Below, in pieces: positions 6,514-14,730 of a stretch of DNA of 20,277 bases. A program made the position numbers and the translations under genes. The notes below the pieces were generated by a model, which was given only the letters and a program-made list of their open reading frames with translations, searched no databases and was not told the DNA's origin. Source of the stretch: a virus; the IMG/VR virus record IMGVR_UViG_3300025480_000017; one strand, 5' to 3'. Position 1 is the first letter of the stretch; every line of letters begins with the position of its first letter.

Positions 6514-7587
6514 TTAAAACTCAAGAAACGAACGGTAATTAAATCCTTTTTCTTTGATACGCGTAAGATACGCAATTATCTCATCCTTGTTTTTGAAAAC
6601 AAAAACTCCTTTTTCTGCTTCTAGCTTAACAATGTTTTCTCTCGCAAACATCGCTTCCTTGTAATCTCGTCCTCCATCATTGTCTGGAATATAGTATCCA
6701 AGATCAAACGTGTCTTGAAGCGGATTTCCTGTCCATACTCCATTTTCATATAGATCGTCACGAGGAATATCTTTACCGTTAATCTGTAAAGAATACTCAT
6801 ACCTACTACTCTCTTGCATTTCAGGCTTTGTATTCAACATCCTCATAGAATCGCTTGGAGATTCATCATAGCGATTCATCTCCTCTACAATCGCTTGAAG
6901 CATATCGAACGTAAAACTGTCGAACATTACAGATAAAGTGTATAGCTGATCTATATATTGTTTATTATTTAGTCTTTCTTCGCAGTATTCTCTGATGAAC
7001 TCTGCGCTAATACCATTATACTCCAGTAGATAGAATATCCTACCGGGACGGTTTCTCATGTGAACATCAATACGCCATTTATCGTTTGTCGTTAGAATAT
7101 ATAGCTTCTTTCCTCCATAAACACCGTCCAAGAGCGTCAATATATTTTCCTGATCGTCTTTGTCAAACACCTTCTCAAATTCATCAAATAAAATAATGCA
7201 AGGTTGCGTGATGGTGTCCAAAAACGTATTGAAAGCATCTCCACTGTGCGGAGCGTTGACAATAATAGTAGGAATTCCTTTCTCTGATCCTTTACTGCTA
7301 ATTAGTTTCGATAGCATTGTCTTTCCGCTGCCCTTACTCCCGCACAACAATACTCCCGTCGTTCCACTCCGTTGAGCAAACGTATTTAGAATACGTTTTG
7401 CATCTTTTGTATGAGTTCCATATATCTTACTCGGAATGGTAAAATTTTCCATCCCTTCAAGATAAAATGCACCATATTGATCTTTTTTCACAACATAGTT
7501 AGCTGGTGGTAGTAATTCGTGTAGGTCCATAGCCTCACTAGAACTTACACGAAATTCATTTCCATGCTTCAAAAAATAAGTAGCCAT
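6514..7587 (-). CDS. AAA+ family ATPase
   Basis: Walker A GSKGSGKT, Walker B ILFDEFEK, LLTLLDG-like region, ILTTN sensor 1, RPGR arginine finger. Confidence 0.9.
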   Translation of the reverse strand: MATYFLKHGNEFRVSSSEAMDLHELLPPANYVVKKDQYGAFYLEGMENFTIPSKIYGTHTKDAKRILNTFAQRSGTTGVLLCGSKGSGKTMLSKLISSKGSEKGIPTIIVNAPHSGDAFNTFLDTITQPCIILFDEFEKVFDKDDQENILTLLDGVYGGKKLYILTTNDKWRIDVHMRNRPGRIFYLLEYNGISAEFIREYCEERLNNKQYIDQLYTLSVMFDSFTFDMLQAIVEEMNRYDESPSDSMRMLNTKPEMQESSRYEYSLQINGKDIPRDDLYENGVWTGNPLQDTFDLGYYIPDNDGGRDYKEAMFARENIVKLEAEKGVFVFKNKDEIIAYLTRIKEKGFNYRSFLEF

Positions 7588-7596
7588 TTCCTCTCC

Positions 7597-8976
7597 CTAA
7601 AACTCTTCATCAAATTCGTTATCGCCATCCTCATCAAACTCTTCCGGCAAACTATCAAGTGGCTTGGAAACTTTCATCTTCACCTTCGGTACTTTGTCGG
7701 CCTTATCTTGAACACTTTGGTCGAGAAAACTTCTTTTCTTCGCTCCTAGTTTGCTGTTAAGCTCCGTAGACGAAATTACCAGTTTCCCAAACCAGTCTGT
7801 ATCCTTTACGTTCCCCTCTGCGTAACTCATCAATTCATCGACGATTGGAAGGATTGGAACTACCTTACGATCTTGGCAGGTAGGGCATAGACCGTCTTCG
7901 GGGACATAGTCAAATACCCCTCCACAATCGCACCGCGTTGCTATGCTCTTCCCTGTACCGTGGAACAATGGGTAGACACTGGACTCGGTTTCGTTTGGAC
8001 CATAAACATACGCCTTTCCGTTGTAGTCACGAAGCGTAATGTTCTTTCCCGTACCCTGCACAAGTGCTTTCATCCTAGCGCGATTGACCTTGCTAAACGC
8101 CGAATAAAACAGATCGAACTTAACCCACTCTTCTGGCGACAATTGCATCATCGGATTAAAACTGGCGATAGGACACTTGAGGTTCGATAACAAAGGGCAG
8201 TAGATGCAGTTGTCATTCGAGATAGCCTCTATTTCCTCGCCGTTATCAAACTTTTGGTGTATCAACTTCTGACGCTCACGCGCAGCTTTCAATCCTTCGA
8301 TAAGTTTTGGTAAATCCTCTCGCGTGTAGATCGATTCCCTGTGGAGATTTTTATATCGAACGAAGGTTAGACGGAATACAACCGTCTGTACCCACGGGAA
8401 ATGAATCAAAATAAAAGTTGCATACTCATCACCCTGAGCTTTATACTTCGGATCGCTCGGATCATAAGGTTTAATATGGGATTTGAAGTCCGATATAACT
8501 ATCTTCGATTCCTCGCGGAACACATAAAACCCGTCGAGCGTTCCCTGATAAACAGCCGGTAAACCGCTGCTCTTGACAACCCCTTCCATCACCTTAGCTA
8601 TGTCGGTAGGACGGAAATACTCATCCAACGCCATACTAATTTCCGTTGCAAACAAATGCTGATGGTCCACAATGTAGCCGTCACGGAGTCCTGAAAGAAT
8701 CTTGTACGCTTGCGTTCCTGCTCCATGCGAAAACTTTTCAAAGGCGTATAAATCCATCCCCACTTGCTTCCTAGCGCAATGAGACAGGTACTCAGCCATC
8801 GTCTTATGGATTTCAGTTCCTCGCGCCGCATCTAAGCCGCTAGGAGGTTTGTTGCCTTTAATAAATATCTCCGCATACATTAACGGACACGACATTGTAG
8901 AAATTGTCGATTGTCTCAAAGGAGGAATGGGACTCGGTGTAATCTGTACCAATTCGGATGATTTTCTCTTTGGCAT
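7597..8976 (-). CDS. PD-(D/E)XK nuclease of Cas4/RecB/AddB type with probable Fe-S cysteines and an extra Zn ribbon
   Basis: SCP near the N-terminus, RGTEIH, GTLD, ISDFKS, CIYCP....KC. Additional CDC...CPTC, and an acidic tail. Confidence 0.85.
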   Translation of the reverse strand: MPKRKSSELVQITPSPIPPLRQSTISTMSCPLMYAEIFIKGNKPPSGLDAARGTEIHKTMAEYLSHCARKQVGMDLYAFEKFSHGAGTQAYKILSGLRDGYIVDHQHLFATEISMALDEYFRPTDIAKVMEGVVKSSGLPAVYQGTLDGFYVFREESKIVISDFKSHIKPYDPSDPKYKAQGDEYATFILIHFPWVQTVVFRLTFVRYKNLHRESIYTREDLPKLIEGLKAARERQKLIHQKFDNGEEIEAISNDNCIYCPLLSNLKCPIASFNPMMQLSPEEWVKFDLFYSAFSKVNRARMKALVQGTGKNITLRDYNGKAYVYGPNETESSVYPLFHGTGKSIATRCDCGGVFDYVPEDGLCPTCQDRKVVPILPIVDELMSYAEGNVKDTDWFGKLVISSTELNSKLGAKKRSFLDQSVQDKADKVPKVKMKVSKPLDSLPEEFDEDGDNEFDEEF

Positions 8977-9191
8977 TATGCAACTCTCCTAATCATCTTC
9001 ACACCCCTAAACGGAGTAATCGTTATTCTCCGGTCCTGATGCGAACGGGAAAAATCGTCTATTCTGCTACGGATGTTCGCGTAGGTACGTGACGTGCAGA
9101 ATAATCCTCCATCCCCTATTACTAGGTTCCTGAGTGCTACCTCTACCATACCCTTCGGCTTACGGGGTGTCGCTGGCTTGCGGTGTCTCAT
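8976..9191 (-). CDS. Small basic hypothetical protein
   Basis: TAATG overlaps with both neighbouring genes. Confidence 0.7.
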   Translation of the reverse strand: MRHRKPATPRKPKGMVEVALRNLVIGDGGLFCTSRTYANIRSRIDDFSRSHQDRRITITPFRGVKMIRRVA

Positions 9192-9721
9192 TATTCCTCC
9201 AATACTACCCTGTCTTCATTATCTCGTTCGCAGTCATCCATTCGCCAAAACCTGAAACTCAAACCAGGATGCTGATTCGCTAGTTCTATGTGGGTATCTT
9301 GAGCGTGAAACCTTACAGAAACAGGCAATCCCTTGAATGAATCCCACACCTTACGAATCAGCGTATGAAATGTTTTTGGTTCATGTAGTCCTACGTTTAC
9401 TGCATTGACTCCCCACTCTGTCAAGTCTCCTGCTATATGTGGAGTCATCCTAGTTCCATTCGTGTAGAGTACGATAAACTTTCCTTTAGACCTCATGCAA
9501 ATTTCTCTCACGCGGTCAAGAAATAGAAGCGGTTCACCTCCAGATATACAAACCACTTTGTATTGATCGAAGTCCAATTCATCTAAGTTTACAGGACGAA
9601 TAGACTGTCTAATCTCAGGAAGTGTATCGTTGCAGCAGTATGAGCATTTAAGATTACACTTCCATGAGACAAGAACTCGAAGAGTGTCCTTTTTTACGAT
9701 TGGAAGAACATCACCCATCAC
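9191..9721 (-). CDS. Small radical SAM protein (NrdG/QueE-like size)
   Basis: CNLKCSYC (CxxxCxxC), SGGEP, YTNG. GTGA/TGATG overlap with the upstream stop. Confidence 0.9.
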   Translation of the reverse strand: MMGDVLPIVKKDTLRVLVSWKCNLKCSYCCNDTLPEIRQSIRPVNLDELDFDQYKVVCISGGEPLLFLDRVREICMRSKGKFIVLYTNGTRMTPHIAGDLTEWGVNAVNVGLHEPKTFHTLIRKVWDSFKGLPVSVRFHAQDTHIELANQHPGLSFRFWRMDDCERDNEDRVVLEE

Positions 9722-11190
9722 TTTCCTCCATGCAACCGATTCCTAATCTCCGCAAGAGTTTCGTTGCGAACCATCTTCCCATTGAGGAATACCGGCTTTA
9801 ACTCTCCACCATTTTCCTGTTCTTTCGTTTGATGGTCATAAAGAACATAGTGATCGTTTTCTTTCTCCACTCGAATCAATCCACACGCAGACTTCTTAGT
9901 TCCATTATCCGTCTTCGGGTCTTTGAAAAGCTCTCTTTCCTCTCCGTTCACAACTCCCCATGTAGCCTTAATAGCTGTTCCGAAAGTGTCACGGCTTACC
10001 ATCTGGTAGGTAAATGATCCTATGCCGAATACGATATTCGCAGAGGAAAACCCTTTGAGTGCTAAACCTTTCAAGATAGCCTGTGCGCGTTCAAGAGAGA
10101 TAGAGTCACCATAAATCAATCCAACGTGACTGTCAAGGGTTTTATATCCTGTCGGCGTAGTGGTTCCTCCAAATACTTCCCAAAGACATTCGACGGCTCC
10201 CTTGTACTCTGGAGAACCTACTGGTTCGCTTGCATCCCCAACGATGATCTTTACAGGATCGCCGGAGTCAGGACGAAATACAACTTTTCCGTCACGCGCA
10301 AGAATAACGTATTTCAGTTGAGCAGCAGTATCAGCGAGTACGTGCCAAAAATCCCATGTGTCGCTCACAATACTGACAATCCCGTTTGGATATGTTTTTG
10401 TAATCAATCTCCTGTATGTTTCAAACTCTCCGTCTTCTCCACCCATGCACATCACTGAATGCTCTGTTGCTGGTACGCTACCACCAATTAGACCTTCACC
10501 ACTGTAGTAATTTTCAAGGTAGTCGATTGCCGCAATGGTGTCTGTTCCCGTAAAAGAAAGTAAATGTCCTGCCCCAGACTGAGAAGCATCCGTAATTCCA
10601 GACATTCCACGGAAAGAGAAATCGTGTCCCTGCCACTGGACAAAACTCTTGTCGATTCCTGTTTCCTCTGCATAAAAGTCAAACAATCTACGATACTCAT
10701 AGGCCGTAGTCGCCGAAGTCATTGCCTTCCATAACTCTGCCGATAACTGAGTCTCCACATAGTTAGTCATCCAAAAGAAACGTGGATCAGTATTGATAAT
10801 CGTAAACATAGGAACACGAATATCAACCCTTGATCCTTCTGGCAATGCCTTAATCAGTAATGGCAAGTATCCTAAATCGTGCAAATCGGCAATGTGTTGC
10901 ACATCCACTGCTCCCGGTCCAAGGCAAGAATCCATGCGCCGCTTGTAATACGCAACGACTTCATCCTTTGGCCTCTCGAAAAACTCTCGTTTCCATAAGT
11001 CAATCAACAGCCATTGGCAAACACCTTGCAAACCAAAGAACACTACTTTGTGATCGAAGTCTGGTAGTGTATGCGCCCATCGGTCACTGCGGCACGTCCA
11101 GTTAGAATATACGTATTCCGTAAACTGAGGATATTGCGCGTAGTGGCCGGATTTATAAAAATCTGTGGCGTGAAGTGGATTGATTCTCAT
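9718..11190 (-). CDS. nadV: Nicotinamide phosphoribosyltransferase-family protein; likely the Namat of NARP1
   Basis: TDFYKSGH, HDFSFRG, SVPATEHSVM, SIVSDTWD, FRPDSGDP, IYGDSI, FGIGS, FKDPKTD. True start ATG 11190 with AGGAGA SD. Confidence 0.93.
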   Translation of the reverse strand: MRINPLHATDFYKSGHYAQYPQFTEYVYSNWTCRSDRWAHTLPDFDHKVVFFGLQGVCQWLLIDLWKREFFERPKDEVVAYYKRRMDSCLGPGAVDVQHIADLHDLGYLPLLIKALPEGSRVDIRVPMFTIINTDPRFFWMTNYVETQLSAELWKAMTSATTAYEYRRLFDFYAEETGIDKSFVQWQGHDFSFRGMSGITDASQSGAGHLLSFTGTDTIAAIDYLENYYSGEGLIGGSVPATEHSVMCMGGEDGEFETYRRLITKTYPNGIVSIVSDTWDFWHVLADTAAQLKYVILARDGKVVFRPDSGDPVKIIVGDASEPVGSPEYKGAVECLWEVFGGTTTPTGYKTLDSHVGLIYGDSISLERAQAILKGLALKGFSSANIVFGIGSFTYQMVSRDTFGTAIKATWGVVNGEERELFKDPKTDNGTKKSACGLIRVEKENDHYVLYDHQTKEQENGGELKPVFLNGKMVRNETLAEIRNRLHGGK

Positions 11191-11607
11191 TTGTTCTCCT
11201 TTTTCGATACCGTTGTTCTTGCCACTCACTTTGACAAATGCCGGGTAGTTGTTGGCAATAGGCAAAAGAATACTCCCAAAGTAACGTGCCCACATTGCGG
11301 GTTTATTGGACAAAAAGGTGGGGCGATGAACTTGTTTCATTTTGAGAACTGCCCTTCAATCACCGGAGAAAAACGAACCCCGAATCGAGATTACGATAGA
11401 ACTATTGGAACCTGTCCTCATTGCGGTTTCATAGGGTCGGAACACGGTTTACAATCTCGCCATTACGACCGATGCCCTAGCCTTAAACCACATCTACCAA
11501 AAATTCAATGCCCTCACTGCCTCAAAGAAGGAAACGATAACAATTACTTCAGATGGTGGCATTTCGATAATTGCAAAATGCGTCAAATGACAGTTAACAA
11601 CGGGTGA
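11191..11607 (+). CDS. Antisense protein with tandem CPHC-x(11-13)-H-x3-C zinc fingers; start uncertain, possibly 5'-truncated
   Basis: Three full fingers (11287-11352, 11413-11475, 11509-11574) plus an orphan HFDKC (11227-11241). CPHCGFIG is encoded twice with six third-position differences and no amino-acid change. Confidence 0.7.
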   Translation: MFSFFDTVVLATHFDKCRVVVGNRQKNTPKVTCPHCGFIGQKGGAMNLFHFENCPSITGEKRTPNRDYDRTIGTCPHCGFIGSEHGLQSRHYDRCPSLKPHLPKIQCPHCLKEGNDNNYFRWWHFDNCKMRQMTVNNG

Positions 11608-12383
11608 TTGAGGTCCACGGTCGGCCACGGATTAGCCGTGTAAATACCATCTATCAATCCAGTGCAGACATCTAATCCCTTACTGGCGATCAGATGAGTT
11701 ACATACAAGTAGATTTTCCCATTCGTCTTTTTTCTTAATTCTTTTGAGAGTTCCAGAAATGTTCGTAATCCGTCCCCTATATCATCTACCATCAAAAAGT
11801 CTTTATCTCCAATATGTTCCGAGTAAACCGTTGTTCCGGTAATTGAACCATCCTCTACGCTGCGTATCTTGTCAGCCCTAACCATAGGTAATCCTAGCGC
11901 CTTGGCCGTTTCCATAGTCTTCTTAATTGCTCCTGCATCTGGAGCAACAAGAACCGTGTTCTTCCAGTTGATTCGGCCAACAAATACCCTCTGATGCGTG
12001 TTGTAGACGTTATTCAAAAGAGCTAAAGATACGTCACTGTGAACGTCCCAAACCGTCACTGCTGCAAACTTTAGGCCATTCATAATATCGCACATCACCT
12101 TGAGTGCTAGGGACTCTCCTGACGCGCACACACGATCCTGACGCGCATAAGGAAGATAAGGACATATCAAATCAATCTCAATCTCTCCCCCTGCTGTACG
12201 ACGCAGCGCATCTACCAATAGGACAAGCTCCATGATGTTGTCGGATGAGGTTAGGTCGGCACGGATATAAACCAGTTCTCCGTTGCCAACCACATCTAAC
12301 ACTTTAGGCTGGAGTTCTCCACCAGAAAACCTAAGCAGAGAATACGGTACTATTCTTTTCTCTTCTGTTGTGATTTCAAACAT
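11583..12383 (-). CDS. prs: Ribose-phosphate pyrophosphokinase-like protein; likely the ADPR-PP synthetase (Adps) of NARP1
   Basis: RFSGGE, PYLPYARQDR, DVHS, VAPDAGA, KIRS, MVDDIGDGLRTF, VTH. Short (266 aa) and directly upstream of the Nampt homologue. Confidence 0.9.
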   Translation of the reverse strand: MFEITTEEKRIVPYSLLRFSGGELQPKVLDVVGNGELVYIRADLTSSDNIMELVLLVDALRRTAGGEIEIDLICPYLPYARQDRVCASGESLALKVMCDIMNGLKFAAVTVWDVHSDVSLALLNNVYNTHQRVFVGRINWKNTVLVAPDAGAIKKTMETAKALGLPMVRADKIRSVEDGSITGTTVYSEHIGDKDFLMVDDIGDGLRTFLELSKELRKKTNGKIYLYVTHLIASKGLDVCTGLIDGIYTANPWPTVDLNHPLLTVI

Positions 12384-12406
12384 TTTTCCTCTCCCTATCT
12401 CTTTTT

Positions 12407-12466
12407 AATGCGCGGCCCAGAAACGTATCTCAGAGCCACCTTCGACCAATGTCCAGACCGCGCATT
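12407..12466 (-). promoter_or_regulatory. 15-bp RNA hairpin in the leader of the prs-like gene
   Basis: AATGCGCGGTCTGGA pairs with TCTGGGCCGCGCATT using three G-U pairs that form only on the sense (-) strand. Confidence 0.55.
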
Positions 12467-12496
12467 TCTCCCTCTTCCGCCGAAGATGGAAGGTCG

Positions 12497-12583
12497 TTAT
12501 CGTTGACGGTAGTAGTCGTACAACCCGTACATAAATACCAGATAGCCGAATACTAACAACCCACCAATGATGTTATCAACCAT
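12497..12583 (-). CDS. 28-aa single-pass membrane peptide, absent from the ORF track
   Basis: TGATG overlap with the SPFH stop. MVDNIIGGLLVFGYLVFMYGLYDYYRQR*. Confidence 0.55.
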   Translation of the reverse strand: MVDNIIGGLLVFGYLVFMYGLYDYYRQR

Positions 12584-13446
12584 CAATGTCTCCCCACATC
12601 AACTACCGGAGATGGACCATTGCCTATAAAGAATGTGCAGTTTCCTTTTTGCCATGCACAAACGTCGCGCTGCATCTTGATCCGCTCCAGTTGCAGGAAC
12701 TGGTCGGGAGAAAGTTGCATAGCTTCTCGGTATGCGTTATCCGCAGCGGCTCTACTTTGCTCTGCCGCTTTGCGCTGGTCCTCAGCGAGTTTCGTCTGCT
12801 GCTCGGTAATGGCTCGTTGCTCCTGAGCGGCAGTCTCAATACGCTGATTCTTGATTGCATCAGGAGGGTTGACTTTTCCTACGTTCAATCCTCCCGGAAT
12901 AAATACAATCGGAACTCCTGTTTGCTGGACAATCTTGATTGCAGCAGCGGAAATCTCGTTCCCTACTTGATCGGCAGCAGTCTGCGAGATAGCCATCTCC
13001 TGCATATCGCGCTTCTTTACGGCATCACGCACAGCAGTACGAAGTGGTTGGTCAATGTTACGTGTCCAAAACTCCCACCCTCCAAGATTTCCATTGGAAT
13101 CCTTGTAGCGATCTGCTCCAAATTGACTTACCAATTTTACGGCGTCAATCACACGAAATGTGGCTACGACGTGAAAACTGACCGGAACACCGCTGCTGGT
13201 CATCATGTCGTCAAATTCCATGTCAACCCGCTGCGGAAGCATATCAACATCAACCGCATCCGTCGTGATTGCCGCGTAAGAACGTCCCGCAGTAACCGGC
13301 TCCTGATCTACTCCGCCATGCCCGAAAAACATGGGCTTCTCAACCCACACTTGCTGGTGTCCTGCATCTGGAGACGCAACCGAAAAACATCCAGTCATTC
13401 CAAATACAAACACTGCTGATAACATCAAAACAAATACTGTTCTCAT
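12583..13446 (-). CDS. SPFH/band 7/prohibitin-family lipoprotein
   Basis: Signal peptide with lipobox (FGMTGC), DMMTSSGVPVSFHV, a coiled-coil AxxAE-rich tail and a typical ...IERIK C-terminus (LQLERIKMQ). Confidence 0.85.
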   Translation of the reverse strand: MRTVFVLMLSAVFVFGMTGCFSVASPDAGHQQVWVEKPMFFGHGGVDQEPVTAGRSYAAITTDAVDVDMLPQRVDMEFDDMMTSSGVPVSFHVVATFRVIDAVKLVSQFGADRYKDSNGNLGGWEFWTRNIDQPLRTAVRDAVKKRDMQEMAISQTAADQVGNEISAAAIKIVQQTGVPIVFIPGGLNVGKVNPPDAIKNQRIETAAQEQRAITEQQTKLAEDQRKAAEQSRAAADNAYREAMQLSPDQFLQLERIKMQRDVCAWQKGNCTFFIGNGPSPVVDVGRH

Positions 13447-13472
13447 TTTCCTCTCCCGGTTAATGGTTTTCG

Positions 13473-14639
13473 TTAAAACGCAAATTGTGTAGATTGTCCT
13501 GTTTGCTCTGGTTCACTCTCTTGCACGGTTTGTACAGGTTGTGCTTGCGCCTCAGGTTGTGCTTGCGCTGCCGCTTCTTCTCTCGCCTTACGTGCAGCCA
13601 TCTCTTCCCTTGAAGGCCGTCCAGGTCCACGCTTTTTTTCTACTTCCTGTGCGCTCTCGGTTTTTGCTTGCTCTGTGCTTACCGATGCTTGCTGTTTCGG
13701 CGGGTCTGCTTGCGTGGTAATCGTAATCGTAGGAGCCAACTTGTTCTTCAGTGAGTTTACAAGCTCTTGCCGTGCGCCGCGAGGAATATAACTCTCTCGC
13801 AATGCTTTCCTCTCAGCAGAATTCTTGCCTAGCTTGTCAAACAAATCCTCAAGCTCTTGCTCTGCCGGATCATTCACGTTAAACGCCGACGAATCCCCAC
13901 CGGATTCCAAGTCTCCCTTGAGCGCCATGTCAATCGTAAGATTCTGACGGCCTTCCGTAGCTGTAATATCAAGCGCAGATGCACTTGCAAGTTCAATAGA
14001 CGAAGGAAGGTATTTGATGACTTGAAGAAGGGGAATCTTTCGTGCATACATTTCTGGATGCGCGTAGGAATAATGCCTGTCTCCTACCTTGTTCTGTTTA
14101 TTCCTATGCGCCCATATCTTATCAATATCCCATACATCAACTTCTGGCCATGTTTCAGATTGGGAAATCCCTTTGATATATATTCTTCCTACAGCGTAGG
14201 TATACATCATCGCGCCTTTTTCACCTGACCACTTTCCGGGCTTATGATGGACAAATGGTTTATCACCCTTTGCGTAATCAAATTCATCCCCATCATAAAC
14301 CGCCCCTGTACCTGCCCATGCTCTTTCGGTGCGGTTTACAAGGTCCATATACCCTCTCCAACCAGGAACCAATGTACATACGTTACCATAGGGGATCAAA
14401 TAGCACTGACCGTTAATCCCCGGCTCAAATCCCAACTGTGATGCTGCCATCATTGAACCAAAGAACGACTCACGAGTGCAGTTCATCAGCTTTGGGTTAA
14501 TGCGCAAGGACGTAAGGGCTATTCTTGCCATCCTGTCCGCTGTCATGTGTTTGGGAAGGGCTGCTTCCATCTGAGTCTTGTACTTTTGAAGTTCTGATCC
14601 AATTGTTTTAGGATCAATGATTGCCAAATCAGTTGCCAT
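13473..14639 (-). CDS. recT: RecT-family single-strand annealing protein with a long disordered C-terminal extension
   Basis: ALPKHMTADRMARIALT, CTRESF..SMM.ASQLGFEP, CYLIPY, GWRGY..L, V..GDEF.Y, MYARK. Confidence 0.93.
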   Translation of the reverse strand: MATDLAIIDPKTIGSELQKYKTQMEAALPKHMTADRMARIALTSLRINPKLMNCTRESFFGSMMAASQLGFEPGINGQCYLIPYGNVCTLVPGWRGYMDLVNRTERAWAGTGAVYDGDEFDYAKGDKPFVHHKPGKWSGEKGAMMYTYAVGRIYIKGISQSETWPEVDVWDIDKIWAHRNKQNKVGDRHYSYAHPEMYARKIPLLQVIKYLPSSIELASASALDITATEGRQNLTIDMALKGDLESGGDSSAFNVNDPAEQELEDLFDKLGKNSAERKALRESYIPRGARQELVNSLKNKLAPTITITTQADPPKQQASVSTEQAKTESAQEVEKKRGPGRPSREEMAARKAREEAAAQAQPEAQAQPVQTVQESEPEQTGQSTQFAF

Positions 14640-14730
14640 TTATTTCTGCTACCTTTCTAGTGTGCAAAAGTGAGCACACTGGTTAGTTCCTGCTTCTTCC
14701 AAACCGCAGTACACCTATTTTAGACCAGAG

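Noticed and set aside
7597-8976. CRISPR adaptation module
   Set aside because: No cas1/cas2 or array in the window. Solo Cas4-like nucleases are common in phages.
3066-10458. Other opposite-strand or nested ORF-track calls (e.g. 3066, 3161, 3468, 4134, 4910, 7160, 7960, 8598, 10126)
   Set aside because: They overlap well-supported genes and show no recognisable motifs or translation signals.
11191-11340. 50-aa N-terminal extension of the Nampt-like protein
   Set aside because: Family similarity starts at MRINP with a strong SD at 11195-11200. The extension is the in-register antisense of the zinc-finger ORF.
12586-13419. 277-aa + strand ORF
   Set aside because: In-register antisense shadow of the SPFH gene, with no SD or motifs.
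13537-13568. Short duplication in the recT tail (AQAQP twice)
   Set aside because: Ordinary slippage in a low-complexity linker.
14659-14680. Terminator before recT
   Set aside because: A 7-bp hairpin with no U-tract on the sense strand. At most an mRNA-stabilising stem.
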